A stretch of DNA of 54,208 nucleotides, filler included, from Diploschistes diacapsis (GCA_023645945.1; 5 parts of 5 records of this genome joined end to end with filler, not necessarily neighbours in it), one strand, 5' to 3'; positions 1-10,872 are shown, numbered from the whole stretch's first letter. The notes: generated by a model from the sequence alone, not told the origin. Numbers and translations: made by a program.

Positions 1-5
1 CCCCT

Positions 6-601
6 TTACCCCCCAGTCTCAAACCCCGCCCACAACACCGCCCTATCTAGCAGCATGCCATCCTCACCAAATAACACCCCCTCGCCCTTCAACAACTCCA
101 GCTTCTTCTGGCAATTAATCCCACTCAGCGCCTTGATCCACTCCCCCCATGAAACCTCCAATGTACTACACAAAACCAACCAGTCAAGTCAGCCATGCGC
201 CAAAAAAAAAATAAAAAAATAAAAAAACCACCCCCTCAGCCAACAACAAGTCTGAGGAGCGACCTACCCCGTTCGCCTGCACCACCCGGTGCCACGGCAC
301 CTCGGGCGCGAAGGGATTCGCCGCAGGGCACCGCCGACGGCGCGCGCGCGAGCGCCGCGTAGGTTGTTACACGCCCGCGGGGGATTTGGCGGAGGGCGGA
401 GTAGACGCGCTGTGGGCACTTGGCTTTTTCGCTTCTTCTTCTTCTTCTTCTTCTTCTTCTTCTTCTTCTTCTCTTCTCTTCTCTTCTCTTCTTGGGCTCA
501 GGCGATGGTTCGAGGAGGGAGGGTCGATGGAGGTGGATTATGTGGGGGAGGGGGGGACTTACTGCTTGGTAGTCAGCGACTTTGGGTGCTGCAGCGGCCA
601 T
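6..601 (-). CDS. O6-alkylguanine DNA alkyltransferase family protein (MGMT/Ogt-like C-terminal domain) with PWHRV active-site motif; frame-disrupted as assembled
   Basis: Three exons read by hand: 601-563 (MAAAAPKVADYQA, GTAAGT donor), 409-268 (RVYSALRQIPRGRVTTYAALARA...AVGGALR.NPFAPEVPWHRVVQANG, GTAGGT donor), 165-6 (YIGGFMG.EWIKALSGINCQKKLELLKGEGVLF...LWAGFETGG*). Needs about 3 frame corrections (CG run near 340-350, near 318, G6 run at 143-148). Confidence 0.85.
432..492. repeat. (TTC)n/(CTCTT)n microsatellite inside intron 1 of the MGMT-like gene
   Basis: Directly visible; it produces the poly-R/F/S artefact ORFs at 236-607. Confidence 0.95.
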
Positions 602-1269
602 GATTAGGGAAAGATATCCAGTTGCAGGTGCTTGTGGTAGGTGCGGTGTTCACTGGCGTCATCGCGAAGAGGATCCAGGTGTTTGAATTTGTACTTTCGT
701 TTGGTGGTGGGTCACGGTGGGCAATTGGGAAAGCAACGACTTTCAAGAGCAACGTGACACCATTTTACGCCAAATTCACGCGCTGCACGTGACTTCGCGC
801 TGACTGCGCGCTGGGCCGATTCTCAATCATGTCTTCCGGATGTTCCACATGAGCAGCTCACTGTCATCGTTGTTGCGGGGTTATTTTCGGGGGAGGGTTT
901 TTTTTTTTTGTTCTAAGGCGAGCAAGTCTAAATGATCTACGATGGCTGTCGCCAAAAACAGTAAGAATATGCCGTTCAGACAATGGTTGTTAACCGAATT
1001 ACATAGACACCGCGCGTACGCGGATACGGTCTCTGGGAATGATTTTACCATCTGAAAACAGATGGCGCAGTAGCTGCTTTTACGATGGTCGATTCGCTTC
1101 TGAAATCAGACTAGCAAGAGAAGCCGTACCTTTCGAATGTTATTTAAAACAGGACTCGCTTTTCAGCTCCTCTAAAGTTTCAGCCTTGCAATCTCTTGTC
1201 TACAGTAATGAAGTAGCTTCGCCGCTTATAGTACTATGCATTGTGAGTCGCAAATTCTTTGTCTTGCAA

Positions 1270-1850
1270 TAGCTCGCTCGGGGCACGGGAAGAGGTGGCA
1301 CAAGGGCGTATGAAATCGGACGTCGAAGCTCCTTGTTCAGAGCGCCGCAAGCACTGTGCCATCTCGGGGAAGTCACCAATATCGTGCCACCCATCGAGAC
1401 TGGAAGGAGGGGTCGGAGTTGTCGAATGGACGGTAGTCTCTGGCCTATCGAGAAGGGTACGCGTCTACTACTGCACTCTCGGCACCAAGTCCACCGTCAT
1501 CAACTTCGACTTCGACTCCAGAGGCACTTGAGTATTATCGCCCAGCACAATTGGATCTTCTACGCTGTGCTAGAAAAGTTGGTCGTCTATTTCCACGACA
1601 GTGTAGTGGGCGTGCTCACCTGGACTCCGGCCTGAGTGATCGCCTGGTGTTGATCCGTTATCATCAAGGGAGCCACCCCTCCGCAGTTGCATCCCCAACT
1701 CCGAAGGCTGTGTTGTCTGGACGCCGATTTTTCCGTTGCAAAGCCCTCTTTCTGTAGCGCGCCATACAAGATCTCTCCGATAGTGGGAAGGTTGTTGTCG
1801 TCGTGAACACTGTTGCCGTCGTAGATGGTGCCTGTCTCTGCTCAGATTTC
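1270..1850 (-). pseudogene. Degenerate remnant of a hypothetical-protein gene
   Basis: Protein-like acidic segments in shifting frames (IYDGNSVHDDNNLPTIGEILYGALQKEGFATE; EDPIVLGDN; SASGVEVEVDDGGLGAESAVVD; PETTVHSTTPTPPSSLDGWHDIGDFPE) with a possible GTGAGC...TAG intron; no continuous frame. Confidence 0.35.
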
Positions 1851-2149
1851 CACAAGTGAGTCACCCTTGCTACAAGCCAAACGCATCTCAATCGATACCG
1901 TGTCAACCTTGTTGAGATAGAGATCATAACATTCTGATAGAAAACAGAACAGACGCCCAGCTTTGAACCCAGCAAAGCAAAGTAGGGCAATGGACGAAAA
2001 ATAGCTACATCTCTAAAATAAACACGTTTCAGCTTCGCACTCACCTGACAACGGACCCTGATGCAACTATATTTCTTTATAGATGACAAGATAAGACCAG
2101 GCAAGGCAAGGTAACCAATTACATATTGATTAAAGGCCAAGGTGGGAGA

Positions 2150-2395
2150 ATTTTGGATAACATCAAGTTTCTTGTTTAAGGAGAGTAGGTATTAATAATT
2201 CTGACTTTTTAGTAAAATAGTTCGCTATAAAAATGAATATTTATAATAGAAAGAGAGGATATTATAAGAATATAAAGAAAACGATTAATAAGAGATCGTG
2301 AGAAATATATTCGTGTTATAGAAACATAATTCATGATATAAAAGCATTAAGTTAATTAAAATAAGCGTAAAATAAGCGAGTTTAGTATTGTTTTC
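2150..2395. other. AT-rich, TpA-rich island (possible RIP-degraded repeat relic)
   Basis: Abrupt drop in GC with many TA dinucleotides relative to flanks; no ORF or terminal repeats recognisable. Confidence 0.4.
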
Positions 2396-2803
2396 ACAAC
2401 TTTTGAGAAAAGGCGAAGCTAAAAGTGTGAGTCGCCATCCCGATAAGGAATAGAGTTCCGCTACCCCCGTTTACTGATAATGATTGGACACGAGCATTTG
2501 AGCCTGAGCCTGAAACAGCTGATTCCCTTGGTATGGGTAGCTGAAAAGCGATGTTCGTTTTAAAACAGAGCAACCGAAAAGCGCTCTCCGTATTCAATAC
2601 ACCGATCAATCTAGTCCCTAAAGAAATGTGGATTTGCTATCATAAAACAGTAACCGAGTCCTCGGTCTGTGGAGGTGAATTTGCCCTCCGAAAACAAAGT
2701 CCGCGTCTCCCCGCTACCCCGTGCGTGAGAGGCGCGTGTCTTCAAACTAATTCCGGCTTGAATATTCAACTTAGTAGCTATTCAGCTGGCGCGAGGCCGC
2801 ACA

Positions 2804-5800
2804 ATGGCGCAGGTGGTGTATAGCAATGTCCGCACCAACAGCAACGGCGAAGTTGCCGGATCGCTCTTCAACGGCACGAAGTTCTGGTTCTCTGCTCGGG
2901 TGCCGATGAGGAAGAGGTTCATCGACGAGGTCAAGGCAAGGCGCACGAGGTTTCCGGAGCCCATCCAGCTAGGGACTGACTGTGTATGCAGGCCAATGGA
3001 GGAGTGATCGTTCCGCTGGAAAAGCAAGCCGACATGCTCATCGTCGACCATAAGCAAAAGGAGGTACCGGCCAACAGGTAGGAATGGAGGAGTCTGTGTG
3101 TGAAATCTGGTGCTAAGGGCTGGGAAGCTTTTCTTACACGTATGTCGATCAGTCAATGAGGAAAGGCATGTTGGAAGACCCGGAAAACCATCGAGCGGCT
3201 GCGGCGGCATTGCCTCCTCGACAAGTAGGCTCTACGGCTACATCTGCAAAGACGACAAGAACGCCGTTCACGGCCGAGGACGATCGGGTACTACTCGACT
3301 GGGTCAATCGGGACGTAAACGCAGGGAGAGCTGCAGGAAATGCCATGTATCAAGAATTAGGGGAAAAGGTGCGAGCAGCATTCAGGTATTGTGGAATCGC
3401 TAACCGCATCCTTAGAACATGCGGCACCCATGGCAAGCTTGGCGAGATCGCTACGTCAAGAGATACAGATACAACCTATTAGCGGCCGCGCAAGTTCCTG
3501 CGAACCCACCGCCAACTCCACCGCGAGAAGTTTCTGAAGTCCTTGACGTAACGGACGATAGCTATACCGCCGGGGAGGCCTCCATCATGTCGAAGGAAGA
3601 GGTGGAACTTGCGATTCACGGTCAGCGGGCTGTTTCTGGGCATCGGGAAGCAGCACCACCACAGCGATATCCTTCCGATGGTCCAATGAAACCGATACTA
3701 CCGTGTCTGAATCTGGTCCAGGCATCCAGTGAGGACGATGACACTGCGGACGTTGAGCACGTGACCCAAAACTCAGCTTCTCAGCATACTGATGTATCCG
3801 AGAATAGTAACTTCGAGGTGAAAACTGAAGTTTGGACCAGAATCATCCGCAGAGAACAGTTTGAGGCGTCACAAGAGGCTACTGCAGCGAACCTCCTAGC
3901 CTCAACCAATACCATTCTGGAGATCCCGGATGATGTCAGTTACATCGCATGGCAGGCATACGCAAGAAACGTAAGATTGACTCTAATTTGCGTGATTAAC
4001 CATCCTGACTGAGTCTCGAGCATCCAGAAAATTCGTGGATTGAGTGGTCAACCTACTGGAAGCGCACTATACAGCCTTTTTATGAAGTTCATGTTGAAGA
4101 ATTCCTGGAGCTAATGGGCATCGAGACCAATGGCCAGAGCTCAGCGATAATCTCGCAACTTGTTAAGGCCGAATCGCAAAGTCCTGCATTCCAGCCAGAC
4201 TCGCCTGGGCTTCCAGCAGATGACGATCTGCGGCAAGCTGATCCGGCTGAAGTAACGACGGATACCATTGGCGAGGTGAAAAGCGAGTCACCCGAGCTTC
4301 AGGACTACAGGTCTTCTGCGAAGCGTGAGCGCGATCCCGTTGAGGATGAATGGGCTGTAATACCCGACACCTCACCTTTGAACCTATATCCGGCAAGAGT
4401 CAATAAACGGCCCCGCCTTGAGTACGCGCTGCCTGAAAGTTCATCGGGCGAGGAAGTCAGTTCTTCAGCGTCCGATAACGAAGAAGAGGTCAGCTACAAA
4501 CAGGAGCCTCTGTACCCATTTCTACCGCCCGATTCTGACGATGAAGGCCAAGCATCGAACAGCAAGCAGCGCACGCTTCACAGTATTGCAAGTGACGAAG
4601 ATGACGATGATAATGACAATGAAAATGAACAATCCGGTGGTATTGAGGAAGTAGACGATAATGTTGAGCGGGAAGAGAGCTATCACGCAGGAGGATCAGA
4701 GGAGGAGCTAGAGAACAGAGTGGATGAGATAGAATCAGAAGGAGAGGGAGAGACAGAGCTGAATGGTGTGGAAGGAGAGATAGATCTTGATAAAGGAGAA
4801 GAGAAGGCAGCAATGGATGAAGGAGAGGAAGAGCCGCAGTCGGAAGACGGAGAAGAGGGTGAGGCAGAGCCAGAAGATGAGGATGCGAGGATGATGCGGT
4901 TGCCGTCAAAGCCCTTCTCTGAACCCGAGCTGGACACGCAGGGCAAGGTTGATGCCCAAATCTTTGCAGATCTGGAGTCGCATGCCTCAGCCAGCCATTA
5001 CAGCGATGACAAAGAACTTCCGATTACGCGGCCAGCTATGGCACTCAAGCACAAACCCACCGTAGTACATTACCCACAAGTACTTTTAGCGCAGAAGGAA
5101 AGAAGCGTGGTGGAGAATCCAAGCGAGATGAAAATATTGCGAAGGAATGGCGATGTGATTCAGAAGCAAAAAGACGTCCGTCATACCACGCACTTATGGC
5201 ATGGAAATCCGACAAAACGTAGAGAAATAGCGGAAGATATTAGCGTGGAGGATGATCAAGAGGAAGCAGACGAGGGTGACGCAAGACACATATACAAAGA
5301 TAGAGAAGGGCGAGAAAACAAGGACGATGAAGAGGAAGAAGTTGAGGATGATGTAGAGGAAGAGGATGATGGTGGCGGAGTGGAGATGAATGATGATGAT
5401 GAAGGAGAGGAAGAAGAGGCAGAGACAGCAGAATTCGGAGAAGTACCAGCAGCCCCACGCCAACGACCATACTTTCGTCCTTCCTCGGAGATTCTAAAAA
5501 CCCAAACTCAGCGTCGCCAGAACAAACGTGTTTTTAAGCCCGCTGCTTTCAGGACAGAGGAAGAAGACGACGCCGCGCGCAGCTCGCCAGAGCTCTTTGT
5601 CCGTAGTCCTACACCGCCTCTTTGCTCCTCCCCTCCTGAACAATCCCTCTTCTCCAGCCCCGGCCCAGCCGACTCTCAGCCTCGGCCGCAAAGACCAGAA
5701 TCTACCACAGTGCGTACGCCTACCTCTCCTCCTGCCACAGCTCAATCCGAACCCGATCGTAATTCGGAGTCCTCTCAAGACACAGACGCGGCCTTGGACG

Positions 5801-6099
5801 TATGGATTGAATCCCATCACGCACGTGGGGTCCCCTACGAAACGGTAATTAAAGCCATGCTAAGCACGAGTATGGACCCTGTTTTAGCAGACAAGGTCAT
5901 CGAGCGGATGCGAATTCGAGGAAAGGATACCGTGCCGGGCTACATGGCAGGCGTTTGGACCGATGCGGACGATGAATGCTTGGAGAGCGAGGATCCAAGG
6001 ATGTTGGGGGCCGTAACGGCAAAGCATGGGTCCGAGAGCGTGGAGCAGAGGTGGAAGTTCCTAAGAAATCTCCCTGGACGCGGGGGGGATGAGGTATAA
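2804..6099 (+). CDS. RAP1: Telomere protein Rap1 / TRF2-interacting protein (BRCT + Myb + acidic linker + RCT domain)
   Basis: Exons 2804-2935, 2992-3077, 3128-3368, 3416-3970, 4021-6099 splice in frame. BRCT (LFNGTKFWFSARVPMRKRFIDEVKANGGVIVPLEKQADMLIVDH), Myb (RTPFTAEDDRVLLDWV...GNAMYQELGEKNMRHPWQAWRDRYVK), RCT (AMLSTSMDPVLA...GVWTDADDECL...KHGSESVEQRWKFL). Confidence 0.9.
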
Positions 6100-7328
6100 T
6101 ATAAGGCATCCGGAAAAGATGGGAAAGAGCAGATTCTCGATGTGTTCGCTTTGGTAGTGATGGATGCCACTGTTGCTTTCTGCTTTCTATCTTGTTTTGG
6201 GCTGTGCTGTGCCTTCCCTAGAGCTCAAGCTTTCCAGGACTCTTCAGCTTTTTGCTTGTTGTATGGGGCTGATGCCATGTGCAATATATGGTGATTGGTG
6301 GTAACAGGGGAATAGCGATATATGCCCCCTTTTATAGCTCTAGTTGTTATTTCGTGCTCACCCAGTCCCTATAAAAATACTATGAAGTAACAACTTGGGC
6401 GTGTCTCATGGACTCATCTTCGTCTTCCATTGTCGGTACATAGACGTAGAGGTATTATCAATGGTAGCTGTTGATTGACAGCTTGATGGTCACGTGCTTG
6501 ACCCAACCCGTGTGGTTTCGCTATATATGTCAGTTTAGTTCAATACTGGCACAAAACCAGTATTGTTGGTCTTTTGGCTATATGGCCTAGCAGTACTAAA
6601 CTGGCGCTTTGCAACTCCATCGGCGTTGCACGGTGATAGCAATATTCAAATTTGGGTAAAGTAGCTCATATGTATGGTGTTGTTGACCTTGAGACTGTTC
6701 CAGGCAGCGGCACTATACCAGAAGTAACTAGCATTGGACATCGGACATCTGCTAAGTCAGGAAAATAACAATGGAATTGTTTTTGATAAAGAGGCTTACT
6801 GTTGTAACTAGGTAAAAGGTATCGAGATCTGCTTGAAAATTAATCAAAAACTTGGGACTGAATAAGGGTTGAACCAGTGACCGCTTGATAAATGATAAAC
6901 CCAAGTTTTTCCGCCCAATGTGGTATCTTACTGAAGCATGAAGCCTCATCGAGGTTTCTCAGTCCAATTTGGGAGGGATCATATTGATCTGTGCGGCTAT
7001 TCACTCTGCCGTGGATTGTTCAATATTATGACAAACACATATCATATATCATATACAAGAGAGGTGAGTCAATCGACATTCTATGACTATAAATCTTAAA
7101 CTACTTAATGACAGAATCCCACCTTCTCTTCTTTCCAGTTCCTGTCCACTTTCTATTTCTTTCTATTTCTTTCAGCTTCCCTCAGTTTCGGCAATTGATA
7201 CTCATTCGAAGGCATACTATTCTATTATCTAGTACTGTTAGAGTTGGTCTGATCTGCTACAACACATCCTGGTCAAGCTTCTCTCCCTTCCTTTGCGTGA
7301 ATAAGATTTCGGCTTTTCCTTCCTCGAT

Positions 7329-9203
7329 ATGTCGGGTAAGCCAGGCCCTGTGACGCCAAATGACCCTTTGTCGTCTCCTCCAAGACTGATTCCAAGTACC
7401 ACTGACCCGCTACCGACTCCGCCACCATCACCTAGGAAACGACGCCAATTGCTACGCTCTTCGGAGGAGACGGACACCATTTTGAACCTGGACGAGTACC
7501 TCACGATTGTCGATGGCTACCGATTCACATCTCCCATTCTGGACCCTTTGCCGATCGAAACATCAATATTGCCACAGTCACATCCACTGTCTTCTCAACA
7601 AGACAGGATATACGAAATTGCCAGAAATGGGCTCAATGCTACAGCAGTCCGGGGTACTTGTGCCCTCTGGCTATACCACAGCGTCGTTCACGGTCCAGCG
7701 GAGCCGAAGCCTTTAGTCTCAATATCAACCTGGGATGAGCCCACGCCGTCTTGGCGTCACGCGGTCACGAGCATCAAGAAGACATTGAAGAACAATGGCT
7801 TCGGAGATATCGCAGTGCAGCTTTACCACCAGGATAAGGCGCATCAACTGAGACGATATCCGATCTCTAAATCTGACGGTGGCGAAGCAATCGCAGCGGG
7901 CTGGCAACGCTCTCAAGACGCCATTGCCGCTCTACTGTCTAAGAGATTGGAGCGTCCCTGCGCAACGTGGAGCTACGCCAGTATTTTCCTCTGCGGAAGA
8001 ATTGGTGGTAAATTAGTCCCTACACTAGTTATCAAGATTGATGGGACTTCTTACCGATCGGCTCAAGCGAACTGGAAGCAGTTGGAACTGGAGTTGAAGG
8101 ACCTTCTACGTCGGTACGGGGGAACTAATATTGAAGTCGAGTTTGCGTACGGGAAATTGCACACACAGATTCTAGAGCCTACGATCCCTATTCGAGCAGA
8201 AACAATGCCGGGGGATAGCATTGGTATCGCCGGAGATTCGATACACAGCGGAACTCTCGGTGGATTCGTGGGCCTTTACAAACCAGATTGGAAAGAACCT
8301 CGTTTGTGTGCAGTTACCTGCCATCACGTCGTCAGGCCGGAGGAAAGATCCTCGGATGCCTTCGCCAACGTGTTGGACTTGCAACCAACCTGCTCAGAGG
8401 ATGCCCGCGCTAGCATCATGAGAAGCCCTAGTGCTTTTGACTATGACTCTGTAATGGGAGAGTTGGGAAAAGCCTTGCGGCTGCACGTGACCCGGATCGG
8501 CGAGCTAGAGGCGGAGAAGCAAAGGCAAGACGGGTTTTTGGTGCCGTTCTCTCAAAGAACTCTGGACTCCACGTTACAACGCAAGTCTGATGTCGAGAAG
8601 CAGATCGAGATCTTCAAACCGAGATCCGGAATCTTTGGACGAACGATAGCCTGCTCGGGCTTTCGGCTAAACAACAAAGAATCCAAGATGGACTGGGCAC
8701 TTGTGGAGACCACTAGCCCAGAGAAGTTCGCGGCGAACTACCCGCCACAGGCATATGAAATTGGAAGGCATATGCCAGAAAGCTACAATCCCGACCCTAT
8801 CAGCACTAAGATGGGGAAGATGGAGAGATTTGATTGGGTCGTTTTGCGTGGGCGAACATCGGGTATCTCGCCAGGAATGGTAAACGCGTGCAATACCGTT
8901 GTTGACAAATGGCGGACGAGGGACCTGAAGATGTCACGGGAAACGGTCGTGATGGGTTCTCTGGATCTGGGGGCGGAACTAAAGTTGTTCGGACGGGGAG
9001 GGGACTCTGGCGCATTTGTCTACAACGCAGATGGCTTGATGGTGGGCATGCAGATTGCGGGAGACAAAGAACTGTCTGTGGTGACTCAGATGGTGGACTT
9101 GGTGGACGACATCGAGTCCGTCACTGGGGCAAAGGTCTTCTTTCCTACATCCGACGTTCGCGGTTTGCAGCAGAAGCTTGAATGGGTGGCCGCAAAGCCG
9201 TGA
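7329..9203 (+). CDS. Intracellular trypsin-like serine protease (Nal1/Ssy5-like PA-clan fold), 624 aa
   Basis: Single long ORF with SGTLGGF, TCHHVV (His), MDWALV (Asp), GRTSG and GGDSGAFV (Ser) in the expected order; long N-terminal region without a signal peptide. Confidence 0.8.
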   Translation: MSGKPGPVTPNDPLSSPPRLIPSTTDPLPTPPPSPRKRRQLLRSSEETDTILNLDEYLTIVDGYRFTSPILDPLPIETSILPQSHPLSSQQDRIYEIARNGLNATAVRGTCALWLYHSVVHGPAEPKPLVSISTWDEPTPSWRHAVTSIKKTLKNNGFGDIAVQLYHQDKAHQLRRYPISKSDGGEAIAAGWQRSQDAIAALLSKRLERPCATWSYASIFLCGRIGGKLVPTLVIKIDGTSYRSAQANWKQLELELKDLLRRYGGTNIEVEFAYGKLHTQILEPTIPIRAETMPGDSIGIAGDSIHSGTLGGFVGLYKPDWKEPRLCAVTCHHVVRPEERSSDAFANVLDLQPTCSEDARASIMRSPSAFDYDSVMGELGKALRLHVTRIGELEAEKQRQDGFLVPFSQRTLDSTLQRKSDVEKQIEIFKPRSGIFGRTIACSGFRLNNKESKMDWALVETTSPEKFAANYPPQAYEIGRHMPESYNPDPISTKMGKMERFDWVVLRGRTSGISPGMVNACNTVVDKWRTRDLKMSRETVVMGSLDLGAELKLFGRGGDSGAFVYNADGLMVGMQIAGDKELSVVTQMVDLVDDIESVTGAKVFFPTSDVRGLQQKLEWVAAKP

Positions 9204-9509
9204 GTACTTGAGATTTCGATAGCACCTGGAGTCCCAGTATGCTTGATTGCTTGAATGATAGAATGCAAACACTTTCATACTTATCTGTTTGGAATGATCA
9301 TACTTCTCGGTAAATGCACTGCATAGCTGCGGTGGTTTGGTGTTTGCTAGCTCTGTTCTCGTTCCGCCTCTGCAAAGCAACGAAGTCATGCCTGTGCCTA
9401 CATGGTCAATGCGGGGCTGGGAAGACACGACTTTCCTTATTACCATGACCGGAATGACAATCCACCGTAGTTCTACATGACTAGTTATCGTGTCCTATCG
9501 TGTCCCATT

Positions 9510-10772
9510 TCAGATCCACCCAATCCTCCTCGCCACAAAACTTAACCCACCAACCGCAGCCGTACAGCCCGTGAAGACAATCAGCGATCCATACCCACTG
9601 CCATACGCCCAGCCGAGCTTCCCCTTCCAATGATCCGCCGACAGCAACGCCTCGCTCAAAGGCCCGCTGGCTATCGACCCGATACCCCTTCCCGCCCCCA
9701 GGAAGCCGAAGATGATGCCCGAATCCCCACCAGGGCCCTTGGTCTGCAGATCGTGCACGACGCCCGTCCACGTCGTCGAGAAGCCGCCGGACGTGGCCCC
9801 ATATATGATACTGAACACGATCAGCGTCGGTACCGACACGCCGAAGCCCCAGAGCACGAAAACCGCGAGGACGGTCGGCACCGTCACCAAGCCCACGACC
9901 GTCGTGACATGCAGCCGGTCGATCAAGAACCCCACCGCGATCGTCCCCGCCACGCTCGCCGCATTGACCAGCGCAACGGACAGCGTGCCGACCACGGGCT
10001 CGAACCCAAGCGCTGAGACATAGCTCGGCAGGTACAGGCTCGGGATGAAGTAGCCCAGGCCCTGCGCCGTGGCCGCCAGCTCGGGCACCCAGAAGCGCCT
10101 GGTCGTCAGGAACTTGAGGTCCGTCTTCCGCCTGCCCAGCCCGACGCCGGCGCCCGCGTTCCTGGCGACGGGCACCCTCGGCCTGACGAACCACACGGCC
10201 GGCGCGGCCACCGCGACCAGCACGCCGGCCCATACTCGCAGCGCCGTTTGCCATCCCCAGCGGTCCAGCGCGGCGGCCAGGAAGAACGGGACGGTCACGC
10301 CCGCGAAGCCGGTCCCCGCCCACATGACGCCGAACGCCAGGCCCTTGCGGCGCACGAACCACTCCTCGAGAAACACAACGGTGGGCGTGTAGAACAGCAT
10401 GCCGCCGATGCCGTACATGACGCCCTGCGTCGCGATCAAGTGAGCCGTGGAGGACGCGAAGCTGGACAGCAGCAGGGAGAGCACGGCGATGGGCAGGCCG
10501 AGAACGTTGCAGTGGCGACGGTAGTGCGGGTAGCGCTGCATGAAGGTGAAGATAAAGGGGGCGGACAGGTACATGAGGCCCGTGGCGGAGGTGCCGATGA
10601 CGGCGATGCCGGAGGGGGAGTCGGAGAATGGCGCGTGCGTGGAGTAGTATTTCTGGAAGACACCGAAGCTGAAGGGGAAGCCCCAGATGAGGGCTTCGAC
10701 GACGAAGCAGCCCAGGAGGCAGAGGTAGGCGCCGCTGCCGGTGTCGACGGGGGGGAGGGAGAAGGATTGGGG
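9510..10772 (-). CDS. MFS monocarboxylate transporter family (MCT/Mch-like), 5' end cut by the contig end
   Basis: Frame stays open upstream of the annotated ATG to the gap (SLPPVDTGSGAYLCLLGCFVVEALIWGFPFSFGVFQKYY); motifs EEWFVRRKGLAFGVMWAGTG and GRGIGSIASGPLSEALL; many hydrophobic helices. Confidence 0.9.
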   Translation of the reverse strand, partial: PQSFSLPPVDTGSGAYLCLLGCFVVEALIWGFPFSFGVFQKYYSTHAPFSDSPSGIAVIGTSATGLMYLSAPFIFTFMQRYPHYRRHCNVLGLPIAVLSLLLSSFASSTAHLIATQGVMYGIGGMLFYTPTVVFLEEWFVRRKGLAFGVMWAGTGFAGVTVPFFLAAALDRWGWQTALRVWAGVLVAVAAPAVWFVRPRVPVARNAGAGVGLGRRKTDLKFLTTRRFWVPELAATAQGLGYFIPSLYLPSYVSALGFEPVVGTLSVALVNAASVAGTIAVGFLIDRLHVTTVVGLVTVPTVLAVFVLWGFGVSVPTLIVFSIIYGATSGGFSTTWTGVVHDLQTKGPGGDSGIIFGFLGAGRGIGSIASGPLSEALLSADHWKGKLGWAYGSGYGSLIVFTGCTAAVGGLSFVARRIGWI

Positions 10773-10872
10773 NNNNNNNNNNNNNNNNNNNNNNNNNNNN
10801 NNNNNNNNNNNNNNNNTTAATTAATTAANNNNNNNNNNNNNNNNNNNNNNNNNNNNNNNNNNNNNNNNNNNN
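10773..10872. other. Artificial contig linker (44N-TTAATTAATTAA-44N)
   Basis: 100-bp spacer with stops in all six frames; identical at four positions. Confidence 0.98.

Noticed and set aside
236..607. Poly-Arg/Phe/Ser ORFs in the ORF track
   Set aside because: Translations of an intronic (TTC)n microsatellite.
752..793. CACGTGAC/ACGTGAC E-box-like motifs upstream of the MGMT-like gene
   Set aside because: Plausible bHLH sites but too short to support without conservation data.
9481..10820. Long overlapping and antisense ORFs over the MFS gene (likewise 27072-28055 over ERG10)
   Set aside because: Expected from very high GC3 depleting stop codons; no recognisable domains.
10817..10828. TTAATTAATTAA repeated four times at ~10.86-kb spacing as a biological repeat or transposon target site
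   Set aside because: Always flanked by exactly 44 Ns on each side; it is a synthetic six-frame-stop linker.
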